IMG/VR virus record: IMGVR_UViG_3300021256_000060
Strand: one strand, 5' to 3'
Length of the DNA stretch: 64,000 nt
From: an uncultured virus (IMG/VR IMGVR_UViG_3300021256_000060)
Lineage: Duplodnaviria > Heunggongvirae > Uroviricota > Caudoviricetes
Positions 29,408 to 39,994 of this stretch are shown piece after piece (position 1 is the first letter of the stretch; each line of letters opens with the position of its first letter). Under the pieces are notes generated by a model. That model did not search any database. It was not told the origin of the DNA and was given only the letters and a program-made list of their open reading frames with translations. The position numbers were made by a program, and so were the translations under genes.

Positions 29408-31348
29408 TTATTTATAGATTGCTGATAACTGCACATGTCCTTGACTATTCAAACAATGATTTTCAAACTGTTTGAACTGATCAGTCTGTAACATATTATT
29501 CAGATCTATAACTTGGCCATTAGATGGTGTTCTAGGATCTTGAGTACCCATCCAAGTAGGACCACATGGACCATAGTTAGCAAAGTTCTGAAGAGCGTTT
29601 TGATACGTCTGTCTATTACTCATAAACATAGCTTGTCTAGCTCCCTCAGCTTGCTGTCTCTCTACTTCCATTACATGAATTCTATTATTCAGGAAATAGA
29701 GATTCTCCATCATTTCCATTGCACTCATATCTCTTCTTACAGTTCCTTGAGTGAATTGATTAATTGCATTATACATAACTGCATTTGCCCATTCTCTTTC
29801 CTTAATAGGATCGAATGGTACATAATGATCTAAATACTGTATATTTCTAGCTGTCATCTGTTGAATCCATATGTCACGAGAATATGCTTGTCTCTGATCT
29901 ACCATTTGTGGGTTGTTATTCACAGTATGGTTCATAGGAGTTCCAAACCACCAAGCATTAAATTCCTCATCATTCATCTTATGTCTTAAGGCATATTTGA
30001 AGAATTCCATATTAGTATTATAGGCTTTCTTCTCTTCCTTCATTTGATGAAGACGAGTAGCCAACGGATCATAGGGATTATACTTCTCTTCAACCTCTTT
30101 AGGTTTCTCAGGCTGAGCTAGATCTTTATTAAGTTCAGCTAGATCAATACCCATGAGTCGTTTGGCACCATCCATCATTTCAAAATAAGCTCTATCTACG
30201 AAGATATCCCATTCCTCTTGAGTCAATTCCCTACCACGATCATATTCATAATCAGGTTTACCTCCTAATCCTATTCTTTTAAGGACTATAGGGACTGGCT
30301 GACTCATATCTGGTCTTACACCAGATGGGGAAGATGGATCTTCAATTACTGGAGGCAGTGGTCTATTTCTATAAGGAGCACGATAATCTATTTTAGGATT
30401 CATCATCTCCTTTTGTCTATATTCTTGTACTATATTTATTAGATAGAGCTTAAAGTATTCATAATCCTCTCTGGTACATCCTTTAAACGTAGGAATGTTC
30501 CATCCACAATGAGCCAATGCCTTATCATAGATTGCTACATCTTTGCATATCTTTTCTAGCTCTACATCATCCTCTTGTGTCCAATTCAGAGGTGTTTCAG
30601 ATATCATCTTGATATAAGTTCTATCTGGAACCAACTCATCATCAGTATATGGAGTTCCTGGTTCGTGTTTAGGAACTGGAGGTTTATAAATTTTATAATG
30701 GATCTTTCTATTCTGAGAGTTCAGAATAGGAGGTTGTTCTTTCTTCTCCTCTTCTTTCTTAGAGGATCCTTTTACTATCCTCACAGTAGTAGTTATACCA
30801 TGAATGATCTTATCTAAATAAGCTATACCAGTCACCTTAGGAATATCTTCTTTTGGTTTAGGTTCTGGTTTCTTTCTAGGACCTCTAGTGATTTTAACCT
30901 TGACCTCAAACCTAGATCCAGGTCCTGGAATCATAAAGCTGTCTAGATTATCATCCATGGCATTTACTACCATAGGAGCACCACCATACCAAGTACCACC
31001 ATATGCAGGTCTGTTAAACATAGATGGATTCATCCATTGGTTCTGCTGAATCAAATTTGGATTGTTATATGGATTGGTATATCCATATGGATTTAGTATG
31101 GTAGTATTAGCCATATTAGGTACCGCACCCATCATCTGAGGAGGAGGTATCTGTGGCTGTTGATAAAACTGTTGTGGTTGTTGCATCTGAGCTACTTGCT
31201 CAGGATTGCTGAAGTCTACATATGGTTCTAACATTGTTGGATTATCCTTTCTAGCCTGCTGGTATATTTGGCTGGCTCTATATTGATTTAAGGCTTCTTG
31301 CCTGTCTCGTTCAGCCAGCGATTCTGGGCTAAACATACTCTCAAACAA
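29408..31348 (-). CDS. hypothetical protein with Q/N/P-rich low-complexity N-terminus
   Basis: 646 aa; QMQQPQQFYQQPQIPPPQ...NPYGYTNPYNNPN. Confidence 0.8.
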   Translation of the reverse strand: MFESMFSPESLAERDRQEALNQYRASQIYQQARKDNPTMLEPYVDFSNPEQVAQMQQPQQFYQQPQIPPPQMMGAVPNMANTTILNPYGYTNPYNNPNLIQQNQWMNPSMFNRPAYGGTWYGGAPMVVNAMDDNLDSFMIPGPGSRFEVKVKITRGPRKKPEPKPKEDIPKVTGIAYLDKIIHGITTTVRIVKGSSKKEEEKKEQPPILNSQNRKIHYKIYKPPVPKHEPGTPYTDDELVPDRTYIKMISETPLNWTQEDDVELEKICKDVAIYDKALAHCGWNIPTFKGCTREDYEYFKLYLINIVQEYRQKEMMNPKIDYRAPYRNRPLPPVIEDPSSPSGVRPDMSQPVPIVLKRIGLGGKPDYEYDRGRELTQEEWDIFVDRAYFEMMDGAKRLMGIDLAELNKDLAQPEKPKEVEEKYNPYDPLATRLHQMKEEKKAYNTNMEFFKYALRHKMNDEEFNAWWFGTPMNHTVNNNPQMVDQRQAYSRDIWIQQMTARNIQYLDHYVPFDPIKEREWANAVMYNAINQFTQGTVRRDMSAMEMMENLYFLNNRIHVMEVERQQAEGARQAMFMSNRQTYQNALQNFANYGPCGPTWMGTQDPRTPSNGQVIDLNNMLQTDQFKQFENHCLNSQGHVQLSAIYK

Positions 31349-31390
31349 CTACTCTTTCCTCCCTTCGCAATTATAGTATGCAACCATAGA

Positions 31391-32050
31391 TTAGAATGGA
31401 TATCCGTCCTTATACCTAGGGAGATTACTATTGTAATTCCATGGGTATGCGGTATAAGAATATGGATTTGGAGTACCGATATAACCGCCTCCGCCATAGT
31501 AATATGGATTATATCCATAATTGTAACCACCATAGCCATATCCATTATACTGATTAGGACTCATATAGAATCCTCTAGAGTCTTTGTTTGGATGCCACCC
31601 ATGAGGATACTGTATATTAATAACCTCCGGTAGCTTATCTAGTTTAAGTTCATACCCATCCTTCTCATCCCAAATTAGTCTTTCACCACCAATTGATATA
31701 TTCCTTACTTCTGGAGTATCCTTTTCTGGAACATATTCGGTAGGTTTCCAACCAAAATACTGCTGATTAGGATCGATAGGTTTGTAATCAGATCTGAATT
31801 TATCTTGCCACTTTGCATATATCACATGAAACATATTTGTTATTTTGCCCATATGAGACACACCATCTACAGGAACTAGATTTCCTTCTGGATCTGATTT
31901 GAGATTTACATATGGGAATAAGATAACGAGATCTTTCAGCTCATTGCTTCTAATCATAGATTGGAACCATTGTTCATATCCATAATCAGATGGGTTTACA
32001 GCTATAAATCTTCTCCCTAGCTTATCCACATATTCTTCATATTTTTCCAT
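31391..32050 (-). CDS. hypothetical protein with Y/G/N-rich prion-like C-terminus
   Basis: NQYNGYGYGGYNYGYNPYYYGGGGY; first gene after early promoter 32082. Confidence 0.8.
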   Translation of the reverse strand: MEKYEEYVDKLGRRFIAVNPSDYGYEQWFQSMIRSNELKDLVILFPYVNLKSDPEGNLVPVDGVSHMGKITNMFHVIYAKWQDKFRSDYKPIDPNQQYFGWKPTEYVPEKDTPEVRNISIGGERLIWDEKDGYELKLDKLPEVINIQYPHGWHPNKDSRGFYMSPNQYNGYGYGGYNYGYNPYYYGGGGYIGTPNPYSYTAYPWNYNSNLPRYKDGYPF

Positions 32051-32100
32051 TTTCTACCTCCTTCTTAATTTATTCCCCTTACATCTTTATAGTATATCAT

Positions 32101-32919
32101 TTAAGACACTTTTGGTCTTTGAATAGATATTGTTCCTGGTTTTACCATTAGCATCTCTGCTGCGTTAGGTCTCTGATACATGGGGATACATACCAGACTA
32201 AACCCAGGTTGCCATCTGATAGGAAATTGTTTATCAGGGCCTAGAATTAGAGTAGAACTAGCATAATTGATATCATCTACTATGCTCTTCTCATAACCAT
32301 GAATCCAGTTTCTAGTATAGATATCTATAACAGTATTGAAAGTAGAAGCATCAGCTATTACTCTACTAACCTCATCACTATGGATATCTGGATGATAAGA
32401 CTGATTGATCTGTACCATAGTATTAGCCTTCTTAGAGAGATGATTCTTATCTCTTAGATTCACATGCCCAGGAGTATAGAATACTCGTATTGGACAGAAG
32501 TTCTTGAAGATCATTAGAGCTACATTATAGCAGATAGATCTCCAATCACTAGGAATCATAAAAGGCTGATTTGCTATGGCATTAAGTTGATCTGGAGTAC
32601 GATTGGTAGCCAACCAATCTCTCAAATACTTGTATATATTACAAACTACAGTCTTACTATCAGTGAAGACATTAAAGACTGGGACTTGTTTTGTGTAATT
32701 GCAACAAGCCCATTGTACTGCCATATATACTCCCATAGCTTCTCCGAATAATACATCCTCGTCGATATATACTGCTAGATTACTCTCACCAGTCATCGCA
32801 GACCTATAAGTCACAACGTAACCAGGGCAAGCGACACGTAGCTTGCCCCTAGTTGTTTCTATATCCATCGTTGATGTATCTGTGAAAATATTGATACATT
32901 GATCATAGTGGATTCCCAT
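32101..32919 (-). CDS. RNase HI-like protein
   Basis: IFTDTS...GEAMGV...VFTDSK...YTPGH...FNTVID. Confidence 0.65.
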   Translation of the reverse strand: MGIHYDQCINIFTDTSTMDIETTRGKLRVACPGYVVTYRSAMTGESNLAVYIDEDVLFGEAMGVYMAVQWACCNYTKQVPVFNVFTDSKTVVCNIYKYLRDWLATNRTPDQLNAIANQPFMIPSDWRSICYNVALMIFKNFCPIRVFYTPGHVNLRDKNHLSKKANTMVQINQSYHPDIHSDEVSRVIADASTFNTVIDIYTRNWIHGYEKSIVDDINYASSTLILGPDKQFPIRWQPGFSLVCIPMYQRPNAAEMLMVKPGTISIQRPKVS

Positions 32920-33730
32920 TAAGTTTCACTCCTTCTATCATTGGTTTATTCTTTATATGAAAAGCAGGTTGTATTACCTCAGGACGGATTCCTAATACAG
33001 ATGACTTATCTTCCCTATAGCAAATAGGAGTTAGAGACTGTATTTCATTTGCATAGAATCGTATTGGGAAATAACGTGATTTTCTATCAGGAATAGATTC
33101 CATATTATTTATCACTTCTCTGATTCCCTTGATTTTATTAAATAGAATACAGTTGGATATTCTATCACTCATCTGATTACCAAATGATGGTTGCCTTATA
33201 GATTTGCATCCATTATCCATATTAGTAGCAACTAATCCTAACTTATCATTCTCATGTGCTGCCTTAAGAGATATATCTTTATAGTTATAACTCATCTTCT
33301 CTGGGTGAGCAGGTTGATATCTAAATTGTAATGGGTAAAAAGAAGTGTATGCTAATAGAGCATTATTGTAACATAAATGTTTGAAACCATTTGCTGGCTT
33401 CAAACCCTTTGGTCTTTTTTCTCCAGACATAAATTGACTCAAGATATCAAGAGTTTCTCCTAAAGCATAAGTAGAATCAGAGTAGATTATAGCTCCTCTA
33501 TTCTCTGGGATGGCTGGATTGGTAAAATCAAAAAGAGCCATATTAATGGCAAATGCTTCTGCAAAATTGATTGCCTCGTCCACTAATATATATGATTTGG
33601 TTCCAAGAAGTTCATTAGTATCATAATCTATTACAGTAACAGATGAACATGATACCCATATCGCACCATGCTTTGTATTAGGTTGATAACTACTAGCATC
33701 AGTGGCTATTATATACATCTTTTCATTCAT
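32903..33730 (-). CDS. RNase HI-like protein (tandem paralogue)
   Basis: IATDAS...NFAEAFAI...IYSDSTY...YQPAH...GNQMSD. Confidence 0.7.
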   Translation of the reverse strand: MNEKMYIIATDASSYQPNTKHGAIWVSCSSVTVIDYDTNELLGTKSYILVDEAINFAEAFAINMALFDFTNPAIPENRGAIIYSDSTYALGETLDILSQFMSGEKRPKGLKPANGFKHLCYNNALLAYTSFYPLQFRYQPAHPEKMSYNYKDISLKAAHENDKLGLVATNMDNGCKSIRQPSFGNQMSDRISNCILFNKIKGIREVINNMESIPDRKSRYFPIRFYANEIQSLTPICYREDKSSVLGIRPEVIQPAFHIKNKPMIEGVKLNGNPL

Positions 33731-33848
33731 TTATTTTATTCCTCCCTATAGTCTCATTATCATAAATATAGTATATGATTGACAAAAAAATTACCACTGC
33801 TCCATAGAGAAGCAGTGGCTATGGCTTATTTTAAGGTCTTTTTGTATC

Positions 33849-34460
33849 TCATTTTTTAAATATCTTAGGATCTACCTTTAATGGGAAAGATCTAATCTTC
33901 CCATTAATATCATACTGGTTAGCAGAGCAGAGAACTAGTACCTTATATACTTTCTTCTCATCAAACACTATCCAGCAGATATATTTATTATCAAGATATA
34001 CGGGCAAGAAGTATCTAGTAGTCCAGTCTTTAAAGTACTCTAGATTTACTGCTTTAACCTTCATATATACTAGATAGAACAAGAGTAAATCATCTCTAGA
34101 TGATCTCTCATCTTTAGCAAGTTCTTCTTTATATTTCAAAAGAAGATCTCCACCATTAGCAGCCCAGTTACGATCCATGAGTCTCATAGTATCATCAAAC
34201 CTAGGAAGATCTAATGGTTGGAAGATATGATTGCTCTTAATCCTCTCTTCTACTGCATCTCTCATTGCATCTATCTGTTTATCTCCTAGAGTATAGTAGT
34301 TCAAGAACTCACTAATCACTCTATGGAACTTGTCTTGATATGCTTCAAAGTCTCCCTTCTTATTACTACTAATAAAGTCTTTGAAGTTCTTTATAGTATA
34401 TCCAAGGGATTCATTCACCGATACAGTATTCGGGTCTGAAAATGAGCTTAGATAACTCAT
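33849..34460 (-). CDS. hypothetical late protein
   Basis: 203 aa at end of structural operon. Confidence 0.7.
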   Translation of the reverse strand: MSYLSSFSDPNTVSVNESLGYTIKNFKDFISSNKKGDFEAYQDKFHRVISEFLNYYTLGDKQIDAMRDAVEERIKSNHIFQPLDLPRFDDTMRLMDRNWAANGGDLLLKYKEELAKDERSSRDDLLLFYLVYMKVKAVNLEYFKDWTTRYFLPVYLDNKYICWIVFDEKKVYKVLVLCSANQYDINGKIRSFPLKVDPKIFKK

Positions 34461-34471
34461 CTCTATACCTC

Positions 34472-37159
34472 CTATTCTACTACATTGAATGTTATATCCG
34501 GATCACCAGTAGTCAGAGTATGCACGTTAATAAACTCAGGCACTGTCTGAGTATAAGCAAAGTAATCATTTTTCAATACTGGATTCTGATAAATAGACTG
34601 CCAGAGAATATTGGAGTAACTGTTAAGACCAATGAACTTAATATACTCAATAGAATCAGTGTATAGATTCTTTACATACGTAATCAGGTTAGGCATATGG
34701 AGAGCCTTATCTGTAGAGTTGAAGTCTTCAATGTATGCCTTAATAACCTGAGTAATCTCAGGAATGAGCACAACTTCATTTCTAGTAGCAAACTTGATTT
34801 CAAACTTGAGACTAATATTAACCCTATCAATATTTTCATATTTATCAATATTCCAGCTAGAGGAGGGTCCATAAGTGTTATATAGTTTGAAATTGATACC
34901 AAAAGAATCTTCTAGTAAATACAAAGACTCTTGAATGTATCTACGTCTATAATCTACTAGATAGAAGAATGTTTGTACCTTATCTTCACTATCTAACCAA
35001 AGAGTACGAACAACAGGAATGCTATGGATATTATATATGAACTTACTCTTGTTTCTATTCAGTTGGATATAAGATGTCATAAGATCAGTATAATCATAGA
35101 AGAAATCAATACCAGTAGTAGTTGCTTCATAGATATTAGTCAGAGTATATCCTTCTAAACCAGGAACTAGATCATCTACACTATACTGACTCTTATCTCC
35201 ATACTTTCTTCCATGTTCAGCATCCTCTTTTACGAGGATAAACAATTTAGCAGGCATATTAGCCATGAGATAGCTAGGAGTCTCATCAGTAGTACCTATA
35301 TTATATAGACCAGAATTAAACATCATATGAGTAGTACGACCACCCATTACATTGCTAGTAGTAATAACAAAATCAAAGAGATATGTAGATGTATTAGCGT
35401 CATACTCTATTAGGTTTCCTGCAATATAACGGTATTCGTACATGTCTCTATCTTCATCACTATTATAGAGAACTATGATTGGTTTGATGGCACATTCAAT
35501 CAATTCACCACTCTCATCGAAAGTCAAGATATCATAATCAGTTTCTATATTTTGAGCCATAGCTATCTGAATATGGAGTTCGCCTTTCTCATTATCAAAG
35601 TAGTTTCTATATACCCTCATATTATCTACAACGAACTGTAGGTCAGACTCCTCATTGATATAATCAAAGAATAGAGTGCGAGTATAGTTGACGAAGATAT
35701 TATAATATGACAGATAGAATGGATTCTTATTAATCACCATTAGATATGGACAAGTATAGACAAACCCATGCTTGTTCTCCAATCTCTCATAATCCGTTTC
35801 CTCATCAGTTATAGGAACTGCATATTCACTGCCAGCCGCTAAATGGAATGGTATACCAGGGCTGATAACATAATTATCTTTGCTAGTAGAAGTAAATATA
35901 TTACTATCAACTTGAACGTCTATAGTGTTGGTTGGAATTACATTACCATCCATCTTCATCAATAAGTATGAGAAGAATATATGTTCAATCTGATTATATA
36001 CTCGCTCTAATACTGTCATCTTACAATCTTCAGTCTGAATGATATTGAAGAAAGTCATTAGATCTGTATAAGTAGAGTAAGATCCTCTTGCAAATGCTTC
36101 TCTAGGAATGAGTTGCTTTAGTTGCTCAAGATTAGCCCTATCTTCACCATACATAGATGATGAATTAGTAATAACCGACACATAGAATCCATTATACGTA
36201 AACCGATCACTAGTAAGAATTCTAAGTACCTGAACTGGTGAGGTGAGTTCATAGTTGCAAGTGGTTCCTAGAGTAGTATATACATGAATCTCTATTTCAG
36301 AATTATATCTAGGCTGATAGGAAGATTTATTGAACTTAAGTCTTATATTCTTCTCATCAATATACGTGTAGTTAATAAACTCATCATCAGATTGGTAATC
36401 ATATAATCCTTCATAAATAGGCTTTAGAACGTGTTCTACTATATTGCCATCATTATCAGTCTCTTTTACTTTAACGTAGAAATATGCTAGTTGATCCTCA
36501 AAAGAGAAACTCATAGTCTTAGTTTGAATAATATTATCACTAGCATATGAATCATAGAGGATTGTATGCGAGAGCTGTCTCAATGTAGTTTTAATACTAA
36601 TAAGACGTTGGTTATTGGATTGAATAGTTCCAAGAGATGGTAAATAAGGATTGGTTTTCGAAGCATATGGATTAGTATCATCCAATTCATACATAGCTGT
36701 GTATACTATCTTACCATTAGGAAGTATATTCCTCTTGATAGTAATATCATAATCTAAACGATATGGATATTCATTCCTATCACCGATCAAGAATGTATAA
36801 TCCTTGTCTATCGTAACCTTATCATCTACCATATTTTGAATAAGGTTCTCTTCTGGAAAAGCTAGTATTACATCAAGCTGTGCTGGAGTAGCAGTAATTT
36901 TATTTATACCAAGAGCCAATGCATGGGATATTACATTCCTCTCATACTTAGCTTTAGTAGGAATAGCCTCTAGACTGTATTCACTAGCCATTATTGCAGT
37001 ATTTTGAGTTAGGTTAGATAGTACAGAACTAAGGTAACCATATACACCAAGATACAGAGTATCTTCAGATATATCTATATATTTCTGTTTTATTGCCTCT
37101 AAGAAATTGGAGACTTGAAATATGTCTTGAGACAAGACATTGGTTGTTTCTGAAGCCAT
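34472..37159 (-). CDS. putative baseplate wedge protein (T4 gp6/baseplate J-like)
   Basis: N-term EYSLEAIPTKAKYERNVISHA..LG, YTTLG, GEDRANLEQLK patterns; late operon. Confidence 0.6.
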   Translation of the reverse strand: MASETTNVLSQDIFQVSNFLEAIKQKYIDISEDTLYLGVYGYLSSVLSNLTQNTAIMASEYSLEAIPTKAKYERNVISHALALGINKITATPAQLDVILAFPEENLIQNMVDDKVTIDKDYTFLIGDRNEYPYRLDYDITIKRNILPNGKIVYTAMYELDDTNPYASKTNPYLPSLGTIQSNNQRLISIKTTLRQLSHTILYDSYASDNIIQTKTMSFSFEDQLAYFYVKVKETDNDGNIVEHVLKPIYEGLYDYQSDDEFINYTYIDEKNIRLKFNKSSYQPRYNSEIEIHVYTTLGTTCNYELTSPVQVLRILTSDRFTYNGFYVSVITNSSSMYGEDRANLEQLKQLIPREAFARGSYSTYTDLMTFFNIIQTEDCKMTVLERVYNQIEHIFFSYLLMKMDGNVIPTNTIDVQVDSNIFTSTSKDNYVISPGIPFHLAAGSEYAVPITDEETDYERLENKHGFVYTCPYLMVINKNPFYLSYYNIFVNYTRTLFFDYINEESDLQFVVDNMRVYRNYFDNEKGELHIQIAMAQNIETDYDILTFDESGELIECAIKPIIVLYNSDEDRDMYEYRYIAGNLIEYDANTSTYLFDFVITTSNVMGGRTTHMMFNSGLYNIGTTDETPSYLMANMPAKLFILVKEDAEHGRKYGDKSQYSVDDLVPGLEGYTLTNIYEATTTGIDFFYDYTDLMTSYIQLNRNKSKFIYNIHSIPVVRTLWLDSEDKVQTFFYLVDYRRRYIQESLYLLEDSFGINFKLYNTYGPSSSWNIDKYENIDRVNISLKFEIKFATRNEVVLIPEITQVIKAYIEDFNSTDKALHMPNLITYVKNLYTDSIEYIKFIGLNSYSNILWQSIYQNPVLKNDYFAYTQTVPEFINVHTLTTGDPDITFNVVE

Positions 37160-37170
37160 ATCAAAACCTC

Positions 37171-38430
37171 CTAGTTAGTTTTAGTTGTGGTTGCAGACTG
37201 AGTATTTGCTGTAGCTGTTGGGATCGGTACCCACAATAATTTAAATTGTCTAAACTGACCATATCTATTGGCCCCTGTTTCATTATTACTATCAGCCTTA
37301 TCGTAATATATGAATGGATAGTCCATCAATTCTTGAGATACCATCCCTATTTCATCATCCCATAAAGCAGCAGCATTGTTACCCTTCCATGGTTGAGAAC
37401 CTATCCAAGCCTCTATAAGAGTATTGAAGTCAGCTACTATATTAGGAGTAGAGTCTTCAAGCCAACCAGATACTTTAAATCCTACAGTTATTTTAAGAGG
37501 ACCTTTATCTTGAATCTCACTAAATGATGATCTGGATATACTCTTAGGATATACACCGATTGCTTTACTCATATACAAAATAGTGTTACCATCGGTAGAT
37601 ACTAAGAACTTATATACAGAAATGTGATCATAGAGGATCTTATAATAACAATAGTCGGCATAATGAGCATAAGGGATATTATTAATCTCAGAAATGTTTG
37701 ATCCTGGACCTAGCATTCCTAGCCATTTGAGTTGTCTATAATAATCCCAAGTTTTGAATAAATGATAGATCTCTAAATATTTAGTATCCTCAAATTCAAT
37801 AGAAAAATCCACATTCTCATCACTAGACATAGAACTCTTTGGATAAAAAATCTTAGACCCAAACATATTTACTGCCGTTTCCATCTCTTCTACGTTAATA
37901 TCAGGCATATCCATATTAGAGGTCTTTCTATTTGAAAGTATTCTCATAAATGGACAGCCATCTATACCAACGGCTGGATTGGCATTACCATAGGCAGAGC
38001 ATAAATTCCAAAATACACTCTTTCTATATCCAGGAGAATCTGCTAAATTATTGAAATAAGATACTTTTTTAGCATCCGGTAATAAATCACCTTTATCATC
38101 TAATAAAGGTAGATCTGGTTTAGTGAAGAATAAATATTCTCTTGCTCCATCTACATAGTTAAATGGGTCATTTCTAGGAAATCTATAGAATCCCCTATTG
38201 AAATCCATATCTCTAGGTTCAAATATACCATTAGCTCTTAGTGTCCGTCTCAATAATGAATCAGACTTATCTAGATCTTCTATTAGTTTATTCTTATCAG
38301 TATCTTTTTTGCCACCATCGGCTCCATCAGTAATAGTAGATGTATATGGAGATTTGAACTCAGCCGGTCCGTCTAAGACTTCTGAGACATTCCCATTCTT
38401 ATCATACATAAGAGATGCCATTAATTCCAT
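37171..38430 (-). CDS. putative tail tube/baseplate structural protein
   Basis: YLFFTKPDL, FSIEFED, GVYPKSI...ITVGF tube-like fold pattern; late promoter 38447. Confidence 0.5.
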   Translation of the reverse strand: MELMASLMYDKNGNVSEVLDGPAEFKSPYTSTITDGADGGKKDTDKNKLIEDLDKSDSLLRRTLRANGIFEPRDMDFNRGFYRFPRNDPFNYVDGAREYLFFTKPDLPLLDDKGDLLPDAKKVSYFNNLADSPGYRKSVFWNLCSAYGNANPAVGIDGCPFMRILSNRKTSNMDMPDINVEEMETAVNMFGSKIFYPKSSMSSDENVDFSIEFEDTKYLEIYHLFKTWDYYRQLKWLGMLGPGSNISEINNIPYAHYADYCYYKILYDHISVYKFLVSTDGNTILYMSKAIGVYPKSISRSSFSEIQDKGPLKITVGFKVSGWLEDSTPNIVADFNTLIEAWIGSQPWKGNNAAALWDDEIGMVSQELMDYPFIYYDKADSNNETGANRYGQFRQFKLLWVPIPTATANTQSATTTKTN

Positions 38431-38564
38431 CTCCTTTCTTATTCGATTACCACGATGTCTCGGGCTGCATTTTTAAGCCTACCTCCTATAATAAATAGCT
38501 GGTAAGACATCCACATAATGTCCCTAAACGGATAGAGCTAAAAAATATAGAGGAGGAATATACT

Positions 38565-39989
38565 ATGCAGCAGGACTTCAGAACTGTTCATGAAGCAGGT
38601 CTATTACAAGATATTCTAAGTCTGATGTCTGGGTCTGAAATTCCATATATCTCTGATATCGGGAATAGGATCCTCGGTAGAAAATCCGATAATATAAATA
38701 TCAGTCGGAATATCGCTAAAAGTGCTTCTGCTCTTACTGCTACCTTCCCAGTTATTGTAACTGAGGCAACTGAATTGGAACATGCAGTAATGGTTAGTAA
38801 AGCTATCGAGAGAAAGGCAGTAGAGATGTTGCGTATGCTCTTCGCTGCTAATCAGATTACTAACGTAACTGGAGCACAGGATTATCTCAATAAATTCCAT
38901 AACAATATCGACACTGGTATCGATTATAGTAAGATGGATGTAGATGATGTTATTGATGTAATGAATAACTTCACAGAAGCTACTGACTCCGTTCATGATG
39001 CTGCTATAGCTGAGGCTATTAAAGCAGTATGTGAGGATACTAAGAATAACATCCATCATGTACTTGAGACCGGTATTAGACAGACTAGCATTCGAGACTT
39101 CCGAGTTCGTGGAAGTCTGCAAGAAGCGGATGTTTGGAATGGAGAAGGTAGTGTACTCAACGAGTATGAGGTAGGTTCCAATCAAAAAACAAGTACTAAA
39201 ATGGAATGGCGTGGCGGTAGAAATCCGAGCATCTTTAATACTAGTCATAGCCGTACTGTAGAAGAGATCGATCCAAACGATCCAGACCGCATGAAGAATG
39301 CTTATGAACTCATGAACAAATCAGTTATTAAGACTGACGTTCAGAAAGCTAATGAAGCTGTTCCTAGTATGGTTATCATCAATTTCGTATCTACTCTTGA
39401 GGGTGGACGTACAGTAAGCAGCTCAGCAGTTATTGGAGTAAAGGCAGTCCTTCATTATGTATCTAGTGAAGATATGGTTAATCGTATCATCCTAAAGAAT
39501 GGTGATAAGAGTGGTTTGTTCAATCTTATCCGTGCTACTACTAGAGAGATTAGCTTCTTTAAAGACTTCTTATTCGCAGTTAAGAGAGCTAAGATTGATG
39601 CTATTGCCAAATCAGGTAGAGGAAGTAATAGCAAGATCTGGAAGGTATTGGAATTGAGAGCTCATAAGAGTGATCTTAACCGTGCTAGTGGTAAGAACAA
39701 TACTGATTGTGCAGCTATCACTAGTATTATTATCTCTAAGGCAGAGGTAGAATTGATTAAGAAAGAACACCGTATTGATCTGATGAAGGTTGGTACTCTC
39801 ATTGGTATCATGCGTGGATATAATTTGATGTGTGCTGTTATTGTTGATGACGTAGCTGAACGTGTAGACTTCTTGTATGATGATGGCGAGAAACAGTTCG
39901 AAACCCTGTCATTCATGAGCCTTGAGAGAGAAGACTCTAATGGTCAGCTTAAGAAAGTTATCAATGTTCTAGCCGCTCGGGGGAGGTAA
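38565..39989 (+). CDS. putative virion (head) structural protein
   Basis: 474 aa, late promoter 38506, repeated xxEA sites. Confidence 0.55.
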   Translation: MQQDFRTVHEAGLLQDILSLMSGSEIPYISDIGNRILGRKSDNINISRNIAKSASALTATFPVIVTEATELEHAVMVSKAIERKAVEMLRMLFAANQITNVTGAQDYLNKFHNNIDTGIDYSKMDVDDVIDVMNNFTEATDSVHDAAIAEAIKAVCEDTKNNIHHVLETGIRQTSIRDFRVRGSLQEADVWNGEGSVLNEYEVGSNQKTSTKMEWRGGRNPSIFNTSHSRTVEEIDPNDPDRMKNAYELMNKSVIKTDVQKANEAVPSMVIINFVSTLEGGRTVSSSAVIGVKAVLHYVSSEDMVNRIILKNGDKSGLFNLIRATTREISFFKDFLFAVKRAKIDAIAKSGRGSNSKIWKVLELRAHKSDLNRASGKNNTDCAAITSIIISKAEVELIKKEHRIDLMKVGTLIGIMRGYNLMCAVIVDDVAERVDFLYDDGEKQFETLSFMSLEREDSNGQLKKVINVLAARGR

Positions 39990-39994
39990 ATATT

